A DNA stretch of 64,000 bases. Origin: a virus. Below the pieces are notes generated by a model, which was not told the DNA's origin, searched no databases, and saw only the letters and a list, made by a program, of their open reading frames with translations. The position numbers and the translations under genes are program-made. Location: IMG/VR virus record IMGVR_UViG_3300037312_000927, one strand, 5' to 3'. Shown here one piece after another: positions 1 to 9,701 of the stretch (position 1 is its first letter; every line of letters starts with the position of its first letter).

Positions 1-2643
1 CGGATCCACAAACACTTCACTATCTTCTATGCCGTGGCTCTTAAGCTCTTTGTTAATATCTACAATGTTAGAATTCTTCGAGAAATTGTGAATTCTATAA
101 GGTTGCCCCGTCTTCTGAGCAATTTTACCAGCTGCGGTCTCCATCAGCTGACCCAGATTAATACGGCTGGTAACTGATGCAGGGTTCAATAGAATATCCG
201 CAGGTTTACCGGTTTCCTTGTTGAATGGCATTTCATGATCTTCCAGAATCAGCGAAACGATACCTTTGTTACCATGCATACCTGTTAGTTTATCGCCGAC
301 TTCTAGTTCCTTGACACTACGGATCAGGATGCGAATTGCTTTACCTTCGGTATGGGCGTCGACTACTACACCAGGCTCATCGTGGTGCCAGACCTCTGTA
401 ACGGCTCTATATGGGTTCACGAGGTTCTTATGGAGTCTACCTAGCATCTTGTCTTCAGGAGTTGGTTCACGCTTCTCTAGGACGATATAGACGGGATCTC
501 CGTTAACAAGCTTAGTGCCGATCAGCGGGAATCCTTTATCATCCAGTTTTTCAAGTTGCTCTTTAGTGAACTTGCCCGGGAAATAACGAGGGATTAGGCT
601 CTTCTTCAACAGAGTTGTAGGCTGTACATCATAGTCAACTTTATAAGCATGGTGGCTGCTCAGGCTTTGAGCACAACTTCTGCTAATAACAAGTCCATCC
701 TCGTGGTTATAACCCTTATATGGCATGTACGCTACTTGAAGGTTTTTACCTAGAGCCAGTACGCCGTCTTTGGTGTAATTGTTATCAACAAGTACTTGTC
801 CAGCTTTTATCTTATCGCCGACTTTGACCAGAGGATGTTCATCATCATAGAAACCCTTCATATTAAACGGAAGATTTTTAACCAAGGTGATGGTGTGGTC
901 TTTACCGCTTTCATCAGTTAGTACGATAGCTTTGTTCGTGATCGATTTCACAGTACCGTTGACTGGCGAAGTAGTTTGAGAAATGACTTTAGCCAGAGTT
1001 TCAACGAAGGCTCTACCGTGTTCATCTACAGTTCTGACCAGAGGTGCTTCACGGTCTACCAGAGACAGCGCTTGTGGAATAGCCTTACCTGCCATGGTTA
1101 GGCGACCCGGATGGTTGCTGTTAAGGAACGGTACAAGATTAGTTGTAACCGTGTACAAGTCCGTAGCACTATTCAGCCAGTAATCGACTTTTGAAGCAGG
1201 AACTTCTCCTAGTTCACCTTTGATTTGAGCCTGGACAATATTCTTACCTTCTTGGTTAGGAAAACCGATTATGGAGTTCATCACTTCACCAACACTCAAG
1301 TAGACTTCCTTACCGTTCTTATCTTTCATACGTGCGTACAGATTACCTGCTTTGTCACGATGAGCTGCAATGGTGAAGCGTTGGTCAATACCAGCGTGGC
1401 CCGATTCCGGAGTACGGGATGGGTCAAGGATACCTAAGTGGGATGGATCAATATCTCGGGCGCTCATAGGGACGCCGCGATCTGAACTGATACCACCTTC
1501 CAGGCCACCAAGCACAGTTACCTTACCAACGTTTTCCAGTGACTCGATCGGGTTAGTTTCACTAGGAGTGGTAACCAGGTTTGATTCGATGATGTAGCTG
1601 GAGAACAGTTTGTTGAAGGGTTTACTGGCCACCGATCCACGGATTTTAATAGGCTGACCACTTTTCTCCGCTTTATCCAAAGCATAGGTAATACGGCTCT
1701 TAAGCGTGGATGTTAAAAGCTTCTCTTTCTTGAAACGGGTTTCCAGAAAGTCTGGCAGGTTCTGAACAGCTTTAAACTGCAGAGAGTCTCGGTTATCTTC
1801 AGGCTTACGACCGGCGTGAACTTCAACAAGGTTATGCAGAGCCAGCAGCACCGCTTCATGCGTTACCGTGGCTAAGGGCTTACCGAGAGTGATCTTAGTC
1901 GTGTTGACGTTCAACTGAGAGTTTTCAAGAGCGAGACGCAGAGCTGCGATCTTTTCTTCTAGAGTGTTAGCTGGAGTCTTACGAGTAGTCAGGCGAGTGT
2001 ATAGATCATTGATGATCTTCTCTTCTTTACCCGAGGTAGCCTTGAGGTTATCGTTCCAAACCGATTCAGGGATGTACATCGATACTTCTTTAGGGCCAAC
2101 GCCGAAAACCCTGGATAGCAAAGGCGCCAGAGGGATGCGGCTAGATGCCACTTCGACATAAAACATACCCGTCTGGGGTTCTAGAGTAATGGCAAAGCTT
2201 CTACCTGAGCCAGTATTCAAGTGTGCTTCAAGTTCTCCTGTTTCACGGGAGCGGGTATACACTCCTGGACGGAGCTGAAGCTGGTTAGCAGCAGCATAAT
2301 TACTCCCTTTATACAGCAAAGTGCTTTTGCCAGTTAAATAAAAAGAGTCCATCAGGTTAAAATTCGCCTGCTTGTCTATGACATTACCGGTTACGTTATC
2401 AGTAAGCGTTAGGGTTCCCGTAATAGGGTAAGTCAAGGATCTCCCTTCAAGGATAGCTTTTTTCTCGTCCTCGTGAGTATATTCAATTCTTTTAGCATGA
2501 ACGTCTGACAGGCTTAAAGTGTACTTTTTTGTGGATATAGGGAACTGGAGGGTAAGACCATTAATGAGAGCTTGATCGACCCTATCATTAGTCTGCTTGG
2601 GTGAACTAAAAATAGGAGTTAATTCTTGTGCAGTTGCTGGCAT
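1..2643 (-). CDS. rpoB: Phage DNA-directed RNA polymerase beta subunit (RpoB-like), C-terminus truncated by window edge
   Basis: Absent from the ORF track (no stop in window). Starts ATG 2643 (MPATAQELTPIF); no stop in the stretches I translated. Motifs DPSRTPESGHAG, NLVPFLNSNHPGRLTMAGKAIPQA, YKGYNHEDGLVIS, GDKLTGMHGNKGIVS, DILLNPASVTSRINLGQ match RpoB conserved blocks. Confidence 0.95.
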   Translation of the reverse strand, partial: MPATAQELTPIFSSPKQTNDRVDQALINGLTLQFPISTKKYTLSLSDVHAKRIEYTHEDEKKAILEGRSLTYPITGTLTLTDNVTGNVIDKQANFNLMDSFYLTGKSTLLYKGSNYAAANQLQLRPGVYTRSRETGELEAHLNTGSGRSFAITLEPQTGMFYVEVASSRIPLAPLLSRVFGVGPKEVSMYIPESVWNDNLKATSGKEEKIINDLYTRLTTRKTPANTLEEKIAALRLALENSQLNVNTTKITLGKPLATVTHEAVLLALHNLVEVHAGRKPEDNRDSLQFKAVQNLPDFLETRFKKEKLLTSTLKSRITYALDKAEKSGQPIKIRGSVASKPFNKLFSSYIIESNLVTTPSETNPIESLENVGKVTVLGGLEGGISSDRGVPMSARDIDPSHLGILDPSRTPESGHAGIDQRFTIAAHRDKAGNLYARMKDKNGKEVYLSVGEVMNSIIGFPNQEGKNIVQAQIKGELGEVPASKVDYWLNSATDLYTVTTNLVPFLNSNHPGRLTMAGKAIPQALSLVDREAPLVRTVDEHGRAFVETLAKVISQTTSPVNGTVKSITNKAIVLTDESGKDHTITLVKNLPFNMKGFYDDEHPLVKVGDKIKAGQVLVDNNYTKDGVLALGKNLQVAYMPYKGYNHEDGLVISRSCAQSLSSHHAYKVDYDVQPTTLLKKSLIPRYFPGKFTKEQLEKLDDKGFPLIGTKLVNGDPVYIVLEKREPTPEDKMLGRLHKNLVNPYRAVTEVWHHDEPGVVVDAHTEGKAIRILIRSVKELEVGDKLTGMHGNKGIVSLILEDHEMPFNKETGKPADILLNPASVTSRINLGQLMETAAGKIAQKTGQPYRIHNFSKNSNIVDINKELKSHGIEDSEVFVDP

Positions 2644-3292
2644 TATATTCTTCTATGTCAAATTTATTGTATTTTGTTCTGTTCTCGAACCTAGATATGA
2701 CGCGTAGGTTCTCGTGCACATGTAGGCCTGATACTAATTCACCCTTTAAGGGTATTATGTGATCAACCTCATGAGGTATCCCTGTCTCGGAACTCGTCTT
2801 TTCGCATAATTCATAGGTATCTTTAATTTTAGTTTCATCAGCCCATTTAGGGGTTCTTAGAAGTATCTCTGCACGTCTTTTGGTAGCCCTTATTTTATAA
2901 GGCACTGGATTTTTATAGTAATTAACTAAGGCCCACTTACGTACCTTATCTGAATTTTTCTTAGAATAATCCTTAGATTTATCACACGAACACTTCATAC
3001 AGGAATGGTCGGTCACTTGTCTTTCACTAAGATGACCCTTATGACAGGGGACTCCGGTGTAATATCGAGTCTTGCCTTGAGCTATAGCTGCGTCCCGGGT
3101 AATTATCCTAGGATCCGCATAGAGTTTTAGTCTAAGCTCGGTACCTTTTATACCTTCTTTTCTATAATGGCACCCTACACAATTTTTGCTTACGGTGAAC
3201 CTTTCGGATACATGCCCACGTTTGCACGGCTTACCTGTAAAGTATCTTTTAAGGCCTTTTTCCAAGGCCTCGTCCCTACTTAGGATTTCCAT
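2606..3292 (-). CDS. Free-standing HNH homing endonuclease
   Basis: C-terminal HEVDHIIPL...GLHVHENLRVI..EN..K; two copies of YxTGxPCxxGHxSERxxxxxCxxC; 3' end overlaps rpoB start. Confidence 0.85.
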   Translation of the reverse strand: MEILSRDEALEKGLKRYFTGKPCKRGHVSERFTVSKNCVGCHYRKEGIKGTELRLKLYADPRIITRDAAIAQGKTRYYTGVPCHKGHLSERQVTDHSCMKCSCDKSKDYSKKNSDKVRKWALVNYYKNPVPYKIRATKRRAEILLRTPKWADETKIKDTYELCEKTSSETGIPHEVDHIIPLKGELVSGLHVHENLRVISRFENRTKYNKFDIEEYNASNCTRINSYF

Positions 3293-3588
3293 TAAACCTG
3301 CTGAATTTTCTCAAGATAGGTAACAACCATTATGTATTTGTCCATAAAGGTAAACTTATCTTTCGTCAACACTACGATTTCTTCACCCTTTAGACCCTTC
3401 GTCTCCACTATTTCGAGCTCAGCTAAGGCCCCCATGTCATCCAAATCATACTTACCGTAACGCACACGGAAATCAACCGGGTTAAAGGCCGAAGCCCCAG
3501 CCCCAGGGCCGAAGCCCGGGAGAGAGAGAACTTCAGCCTTTAAAGGAATCGAAGCAGCCATTGCTGCTGCACTATTATTTTCTGCCAT
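3292..3588 (-). CDS. Hypothetical protein between portal and HNH
   Basis: 98-aa ORF coupled to both neighbours by 1-nt stop/start overlaps. Confidence 0.75.
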   Translation of the reverse strand: MAENNSAAAMAASIPLKAEVLSLPGFGPGAGASAFNPVDFRVRYGKYDLDDMGALAELEIVETKGLKGEEIVVLTKDKFTFMDKYIMVVTYLEKIQQV

Positions 3589-5414
3589 TATTCTTTTTCG
3601 CTATTAGGTTTTTTGGGAGATGCCGAATCCTGTTTAGCTCCAGCACCGTCTTTTTTAGGTTTACCGCCGGAGGGGCCAGAGCCCCCACCTTGCTCACCCG
3701 CTGCTTCTTGCTGCATCGAAGCAGTCTGGGCATTCATCTGGCTCTGCTCTGCATACTCTGACAATAGTTGAGAGACCATTAGGTACATAGAGTAGTCGGT
3801 AACTCTCAACTCACCCATGACTGCCATCTGCTGTTTCTCATCAGTCATAGCAAATAATTGCTGAGCAATCGCTTGACCTTTAGCAAGTACCGTACGATAG
3901 TCCGAATTATTATCGAATCTATCAACCACTTCCTTACCTGCAACAAACACCGCCTGATCAACTGCAAACTTGGTACGAACATCTGAAGTGGCCTTGAGAA
4001 TAGCAGCTTTCTCTTGGGATTTCAACTCATCATCATACTTCATACCGAAAGCTTCGAACAGAGTTTCCGGGCTGCATTCCTGGGTAGCATGTAACTGCAG
4101 GAGCATCTGTCTAAGAGCATCATCATCAGTAAGTTTGAACGGAGTTAGAGTGACTTTACAGGTTTCAATACCTAGATACTTACTCACCCGGGTCATAACC
4201 CAATTCAATAGTTCTTCAATCTGACTTGTATAAGTATTCATGGTATTCTGCAGCAGCCTCAGGCCAACCGTAGAACTACTCCAATTAGTAACACCAGATA
4301 GAAGTTCTTTACTTACACCCAAACTAAGCAAGATACTCTCCTCAGCTTGGGCGATTTCCTGACTTACCAGTAAGTTTCTTCCTTCTCCACTGATAGCTTG
4401 ATACCCAATAGGCACTGGGGCTACTAGAACATGGTTTCTATCTCGTTTATGTTTGATAAAAGCTTCGGTCATGTTGGATACGAAGTTCCTCATAGAGATA
4501 GAAACTACAGGATCACTATTACCAGTCTGCGGAGTAGGATACACAACCCTCATAGGATTCATGAAATCCGTAGAAATGCTTTCATTAGCCTTTCTCAGAG
4601 TGGCTTGGTAAAATACCAGCCCAAACAAACTAATCAGAGGGGGAACTGCTATACCATTGATCTGATGACCGGCACTGATATTTTTCAGATGGAAGATATT
4701 ACCTCTATCAAATTTGAAGTCCTGGTTATTTTGAATTGCTTTAACCATGCTCCAAGGTATGCTATCTACAAATAATCTATCTCCGATCTGTACTCGTTTT
4801 TTGATATCGTTAGGGATTTTATAGAAGTATTCACTCTCACCCGTGATTGGGTTATGGTTAACTGCTATATTCGTAGGATCCCATTTGATGAGATTCATGT
4901 TCTCAATGGATAGGTCCTTTTTATCGGCCACTTTCAGCGGCCCTTTATAGTTACAAGCCGGGCATTCACCTTGAAATTCATAGTTTTTAAAGGTAACCCA
5001 ATTACAGTTCTTAGCAAAGTACGAAGTATTGCAATGGGCGCACTCCAAGTTCCTGTGCACAGGAAAATAGATGCTTACAAAAACGTTACCTACAGTGTAA
5101 TACTCAAACCCCACATCGTGTAGGGCCGGTTTCAGTCTAAAACTTTCGAATACAGCTTCGTATTTCTCTTTTATTTGCTGGCTAGTAGTATTTACAACGA
5201 AGTCCGTAATGGGATAAGTACTCAGTTTTCTGATAACTTCTGTCACTACTGGACTTTGAGTCGTGATATACCGGGACCACCTGATGACATCATGAAGGTT
5301 ACGAGGTAGGAACTGATTCGCAACCGTGAAATATGGATTAGTTGTAGCTGCATAGGATCCTCCTGGAAGGGCAGAAGTGCCAGGAATTGGAGGAGGGTTA
5401 AAGCTATCGTACAT
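3588..5414 (-). CDS. Probable portal protein
   Basis: 608 aa, size and helical layout of a myophage portal, low-complexity charged C-tail, in minus-strand structural operon; CxxC...CxxC insert. Confidence 0.65.
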   Translation of the reverse strand: MYDSFNPPPIPGTSALPGGSYAATTNPYFTVANQFLPRNLHDVIRWSRYITTQSPVVTEVIRKLSTYPITDFVVNTTSQQIKEKYEAVFESFRLKPALHDVGFEYYTVGNVFVSIYFPVHRNLECAHCNTSYFAKNCNWVTFKNYEFQGECPACNYKGPLKVADKKDLSIENMNLIKWDPTNIAVNHNPITGESEYFYKIPNDIKKRVQIGDRLFVDSIPWSMVKAIQNNQDFKFDRGNIFHLKNISAGHQINGIAVPPLISLFGLVFYQATLRKANESISTDFMNPMRVVYPTPQTGNSDPVVSISMRNFVSNMTEAFIKHKRDRNHVLVAPVPIGYQAISGEGRNLLVSQEIAQAEESILLSLGVSKELLSGVTNWSSSTVGLRLLQNTMNTYTSQIEELLNWVMTRVSKYLGIETCKVTLTPFKLTDDDALRQMLLQLHATQECSPETLFEAFGMKYDDELKSQEKAAILKATSDVRTKFAVDQAVFVAGKEVVDRFDNNSDYRTVLAKGQAIAQQLFAMTDEKQQMAVMGELRVTDYSMYLMVSQLLSEYAEQSQMNAQTASMQQEAAGEQGGGSGPSGGKPKKDGAGAKQDSASPKKPNSEKE

Positions 5415-5491
5415 TTATATAGTCCTTACGTAGAATATCGTTCCCTTATTTTAAGGGAAAGTGTGTAATTAGTCAATTTTTAACCTTTAAA

Positions 5492-5502
5492 TTTGGTATA
5501 AG
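5492..5502 (+). promoter_or_regulatory. Phage promoter motif TTTGGTATAAG
   Basis: Recurrent intergenic motif. Confidence 0.75.
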
Positions 5503-5552
5503 TATAGTATATAAAACTATATCTCTATAACATTTTCACGAAGGAAAATATT

Positions 5553-5759
5553 ATGAGCATGCAACAACCGAAGGATCCCCAAATGGAATCTCAACGTCTA
5601 GACAATATCGAGCAAAGACTCGAAAAAGTTGAAAAACTGGTCGGCAAAACTCGGACTTTGGTCGGTATTGCCGTTGTAGCATACATTGCAGGTGCAGTCC
5701 TCGCCAAAAGGACACCTCCCAAGTACCTGATCATGGAGTCTCGCGGCTCTGAATCGTAA
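5553..5759 (+). CDS. Small membrane-anchored hypothetical protein
   Basis: SD AAGGA; coiled-coil then hydrophobic LVGIAVVAYIAGAVLA. Confidence 0.75.
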   Translation: MSMQQPKDPQMESQRLDNIEQRLEKVEKLVGKTRTLVGIAVVAYIAGAVLAKRTPPKYLIMESRGSES

Positions 5760-5801
5760 TATAGGGCTTTAGCCCATAAGTCTTTTACAGGAATACGAAT
5801 T

Positions 5802-6065
5802 ATGGAAACCTTTCAAGCTCAGAAGAAAACTGCTCAACTCGAAGCAGAGGACCTTCTGAACCGTCTGCGTTATGGTAATACTCGTAATGGCTTTAAAAGA
5901 GATTTCCAGGACGTGCCATATGACGGTAACGACCGGCGTGCGGAAATTGACCGTCGTCGACTTGCGGCTGCTTCGTCAAGACCCGGCGTTGGGGTAGTAG
6001 TTTTAGGAGTCTTAGGAGCTCTCGCTACCGGCGCAGGATGCGCTATAGTGAGGGATAAGCTGTAG
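5802..6065 (+). CDS. Small C-terminally anchored hypothetical protein
   Basis: SD AGGA; C-terminal Gly/Val-rich hydrophobic helix. Confidence 0.75.
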   Translation: METFQAQKKTAQLEAEDLLNRLRYGNTRNGFKRDFQDVPYDGNDRRAEIDRRRLAAASSRPGVGVVVLGVLGALATGAGCAIVRDKL

Positions 6066-6087
6066 AAATTAAATATTACCTAATCAA

Positions 6088-6098
6088 TTTGGTATAAA
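6088..6098 (+). promoter_or_regulatory. Phage promoter motif TTTGGTATAAA
   Basis: Recurrent intergenic motif. Confidence 0.7.
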
Positions 6099-6166
6099 TA
6101 AAGTGTAGAGAAATCTGTACCATACAGATCTCGACATTTCAACCCACCTCAACTAGGAGATTTACA

Positions 6167-6385
6167 ATGGATACCAACAACAACGGCGTGGCACAAGATC
6201 CGGCACTGGCTGCAGCAGCTCGTGCAGAGAAGGCGGCAAAAATGAAAGGCATGGCCATCAGCAGCGGTAAAGCAATCGGCTTCATGGCAATCGGTGCCGC
6301 CCTGACGGTCGGCGTCGGCAAACTGCGCGGCAGCCGCAAGACTACCACCCAGATCGTCGAGGCAGCGCCGGCCGAAATGGCGTAA
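6167..6385 (+). CDS. Small membrane-anchored hypothetical protein
   Basis: SD AGGAG; Ala-rich with hydrophobic segment; GC-rich codons. Confidence 0.75.
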   Translation: MDTNNNGVAQDPALAAAARAEKAAKMKGMAISSGKAIGFMAIGAALTVGVGKLRGSRKTTTQIVEAAPAEMA

Positions 6386-6446
6386 GCATTAAACGGGTAG
6401 AGGATCCTGGGAGGGTCCCTGCCCGCATTAAATAAGTAGTCACCCG

Positions 6447-6457
6447 TTTGGTATAAG
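6447..6457 (+). promoter_or_regulatory. Phage promoter motif TTTGGTATAAG
   Basis: Recurrent intergenic motif. Confidence 0.75.
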
Positions 6458-6538
6458 TATAGTATAGAGAAACACACTTCCCTGTATGCTCTATACGTGC
6501 AGGTATTTCCCAATTAACCTAGGCTCAGGAGAACAAGA

Positions 6539-6904
6539 ATGTCGAATACCAATCCTAACAAATCTGCTGGTTCCGAACCCGGCCTGTCGTCCTTGTCCCA
6601 ATCGGATATCGACCGTATCGCAGGCGAAGCGGTCTCGGCTGCAAAGACGGCTGCAACCACAGCTGCAGCTGAAGAAGTCGCAAAGCGCATGGGCGACGTC
6701 GAGATCACGGCAGCAAAGGCAGCGGCAACCGCAGCAGCGGCGGCATCGGCCGAAGCGATCGCCCGTCAACAGAAGGCAAACAAGATGAAGGAATACGGCA
6801 CCATCGCCGGCATCTCCCTCGGCACCTTCGCCCTCGGCACACTGGGTATGGCCGGGTACGACCGTTTCCGCAACCGCAACAATCCGGGTAATCATCACCA
6901 ATAA
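6539..6904 (+). CDS. Ala-rich C-terminally anchored hypothetical protein
   Basis: SD AGGAG; Ala-rich helix then GTIAGISLGTFALGTLGMAGY. Confidence 0.8.
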   Translation: MSNTNPNKSAGSEPGLSSLSQSDIDRIAGEAVSAAKTAATTAAAEEVAKRMGDVEITAAKAAATAAAAASAEAIARQQKANKMKEYGTIAGISLGTFALGTLGMAGYDRFRNRNNPGNHHQ

Positions 6905-7019
6905 CCCGGAAGTACTCTGGAGCACGTACAAGTTATAGGAGAACACGTGCTCCAGTAGTAAGAACTAAAGTTCTCCTAAATCTGTTTTATCACAGAAAAC
7001 CTGCGCAAACGGAAATACG

Positions 7020-7352
7020 ATGGTAGAAGAAAAAGTAAGAAACTACAGGTCCCAAAAGGAGACCTTGGTTCAAAACCGGGAACCTGAAAGTCTTGCGGAG
7101 CTGTTTAATGAGGAAGGAGATGGGGAGGTCGATGAGAAGGAAGAGATGGTACGTTCAGCGTTCCGTCGTCAACTCGACCAACAACTTTCTCACGCTGCAG
7201 AATCCCACAAGATGAGCATGAAAGAGCGTCAGAGCGCAGTCATCGCAACGAAAGCAGCTACAATGTTCTTCGGGACTTGGGCTACTATCGGTGTTGCGAT
7301 GTTGGCGAGATCGTGCATTAACTTCGACAAAGGTCCGAAGTTCAAAGTATAG
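7020..7352 (+). CDS. C-terminally anchored hypothetical protein
   Basis: Acidic N-part, hydrophobic C-terminal helix; TAG stop then terminator-like hairpin. Confidence 0.75.
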   Translation: MVEEKVRNYRSQKETLVQNREPESLAELFNEEGDGEVDEKEEMVRSAFRRQLDQQLSHAAESHKMSMKERQSAVIATKAATMFFGTWATIGVAMLARSCINFDKGPKFKV

Positions 7353-7424
7353 TTAATATACTGAGTAGTCGGGGAATTCGACAGTGTCGGTTCCCTGGCA
7401 TTTTTTTAGTTAAATGAGGCCATT

Positions 7425-7748
7425 TTGATAGACTTTACCTTTAGTAACCCTTTGATTCAAAAGTACTTCGAAGGCGACGACTCGTACATACCCAGTGCAG
7501 AGTTAGTGTACCTTCATGAGCATCCCCTTATCACTCAGTCTTTTTTAGTAGAGATGGAGACACTAATAAATAAGGCGTCTTTACATATACAAAAGAAAAA
7601 TATAGTAGGAACTTTGGCTAATAAATTTATCAACTCTGCAATAAAACTAGGGGCAGAGTTGCCGACGGTAAGTCAACAAAACGCCCCTATTATATTATCT
7701 GAATTGAGAACCGTTTATAGCTTATGTAAATCTTTATTGAACCAGTGA
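7425..7748 (+). CDS. Hypothetical protein
   Basis: TTG start with GAGG SD; 107 aa. Confidence 0.6.
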   Translation: MIDFTFSNPLIQKYFEGDDSYIPSAELVYLHEHPLITQSFLVEMETLINKASLHIQKKNIVGTLANKFINSAIKLGAELPTVSQQNAPIILSELRTVYSLCKSLLNQ

Positions 7749-8912
7749 TACCGACACAATTTGGAAAAGTCCCGAGTTAGTGTCCGAAGCATCACTACCC
7801 ATTCTTTCTATAATAATGTTTAGAAATTCACGGTTAACAGACCAAACACCATTTACGAAGGTGGCGAATTCTGTGACCGGAACTGACATCTGCGTGGTAT
7901 AAGTCTGAACCGTGTTAGCAGTACTGGCCATTGGGATTGACTCTTGACCGGCCACTACTTCTGCGGTGGTGATCAAATCTGCCGCAGCGTATGATTTATA
8001 ACGAAGTCTCATAACGGCTTGGTTACTGCCGACAGAGTTAGTGTACGAAATTCTGACTTTGATTGGGAGATACGGATTTACCTGAATTTGAGATAACGAC
8101 GTAGTTAGTGAAATCCCTGATATAGAATCTGGATCCATACTATACACAGGGACATCATTGACCGTAGTTAAAGTGGCACCTCCACTGGACAATACGTTAG
8201 GAGTAACTGATTTCAACATCCCACGGGCTTTGGGAGCATTAGCGTGGAGTTGAACCTTGAACGCAGTACTGCCCTGAGTAAGGGTGATATTATAGATAGG
8301 AAATCTACCAGAAGTAGTAGTAGCCGGGACTTCTGATCCACTAGTTGCCGCAACCCCTGCAATCAAGAAGAGCTTTAATTCACCGTTCAGTAGTAGTGAT
8401 GGCAGATAGGTATTAGTGGCGTCTACGTAGGGCACTGTACTAGTTGCCATACTTGTATTATCTAATTCTGAAAATTGACCCTCTACTGTGTAGACGATAG
8501 AGGTCCCCACAGTTGTAGGTGAAGGGACATTAAAGTCCGACATCACAGTGATAAGGGCTTGCTTCAGGGTAACGTCGGTAAGACTGTCGTTGATAATACG
8601 GGATTCATAGTATGCTCCTGGTCCAATTCGAACCGTGTTAGATCCGGTTTTTGAAACGGAGAGTCCGCTCAAAGAAATCGTGGATCCTTGACTGTTGACC
8701 ATTACTTCTGAAATTAGACTGGATAGGTTTAGGCCTAACATAACCGCCGCACGACGAGACGAATCCCCTGCAACACGAGATGCTTTGATATTAGTATCTA
8801 GATCCCCTAGAGGTCTATTGTCTACTGTGTAGAAGTACGGGTCCAGAGCCGTATAGTATCGTACCTCACTGTAGTTTGAGTCATCTTGTGGTAGGAAAGC
8901 TGGAGTTGACAT
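7734..8912 (-). CDS. Probable virion structural protein (tail/baseplate-associated)
   Basis: 392 aa, Ser/Thr/Val/Gly-rich beta-type composition; minus strand like other structural genes. Confidence 0.55.
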   Translation of the reverse strand: MSTPAFLPQDDSNYSEVRYYTALDPYFYTVDNRPLGDLDTNIKASRVAGDSSRRAAVMLGLNLSSLISEVMVNSQGSTISLSGLSVSKTGSNTVRIGPGAYYESRIINDSLTDVTLKQALITVMSDFNVPSPTTVGTSIVYTVEGQFSELDNTSMATSTVPYVDATNTYLPSLLLNGELKLFLIAGVAATSGSEVPATTTSGRFPIYNITLTQGSTAFKVQLHANAPKARGMLKSVTPNVLSSGGATLTTVNDVPVYSMDPDSISGISLTTSLSQIQVNPYLPIKVRISYTNSVGSNQAVMRLRYKSYAAADLITTAEVVAGQESIPMASTANTVQTYTTQMSVPVTEFATFVNGVWSVNREFLNIIIERMGSDASDTNSGLFQIVSVSLVQ

Positions 8913-9004
8913 TATTTTTAGTTCCTGTATTTAAATGTTTGATGGTATAATGAACTTACCATAGTTTAATATATTAATCTTCTTTAAGTCAAGGAATAAT
9001 CCTA

Positions 9005-9454
9005 ATGAAGTTCAAAACAGTTTTGTCAATAACCTTTGAAGGTTTGTCACTCAACTTAGATAAATTTGGGGTGTTTATACCATGGATGTTTTTCATACCG
9101 TATTCCGGGGTCGGGATATTTTCGTACCCGGTATCACAGACGAAGCCCACGCCTTACAGGAAATCCGACAAACTTACAGGGTTTGATATAGGAGACCTGA
9201 TCCCCGAATGGGTCAAATTTAAATACCCCTCAGAACACTTGATAGTGTTAACTGAAGTTAACGTTCAAGCTAAGAACATACAGTTCTGGGCAAAAATACC
9301 AAAAACAGATAGTCAATTTTTCTTGAAGGACCTGGTTGTGCTTTTTTGTAAAGATAAAAGTGAAGTTATACGTCTAGTTGAAAATATACCTAGAGATTTC
9401 GCAGATGCAAAAGGGTTCTCTGCAGGAGAACTATTAATAGATAATGAGGATTGA
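9005..9454 (+). CDS. Hypothetical protein
   Basis: SD AAGGA downstream of GATGGTATAAT (8941-8951). Confidence 0.7.
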   Translation: MKFKTVLSITFEGLSLNLDKFGVFIPWMFFIPYSGVGIFSYPVSQTKPTPYRKSDKLTGFDIGDLIPEWVKFKYPSEHLIVLTEVNVQAKNIQFWAKIPKTDSQFFLKDLVVLFCKDKSEVIRLVENIPRDFADAKGFSAGELLIDNED

Positions 9455-9701
9455 AATGGTCGGATACTGTTACTTGGACTTTGACGGGAATATCACTTAT
9501 AAAACTAATCACTACATTTCAACTATAGATCCCGGCTTCTTTAATAACAATAGACATCTAATAGTCAAATATTGGAAATTCGATACAGAAGACCGCTCCA
9601 GTATGATCAGGCTTATGAGGGATTTTACGGATCTCAAACTACAGGTAACTTCCGTTGAGAATTTCTTCAGAAGCATTAACTTCGTTCCAAAGAAATCGTA
9701 A
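9444..9701 (+). CDS. Hypothetical protein
   Basis: Overlaps upstream gene; stop coupled to helicase ATG. Confidence 0.7.
   Translation: MRIEMVGYCYLDFDGNITYKTNHYISTIDPGFFNNNRHLIVKYWKFDTEDRSSMIRLMRDFTDLKLQVTSVENFFRSINFVPKKS

Noticed and set aside
6913-6958. 11-bp perfect hairpin CTGGAGCACGT/ACGTGCTCCAG with an SD-like loop
   Set aside because: Single occurrence; the enclosed GTG-CTC-CAG-TAG mini-ORF has no support. Probably a processing or stability hairpin.
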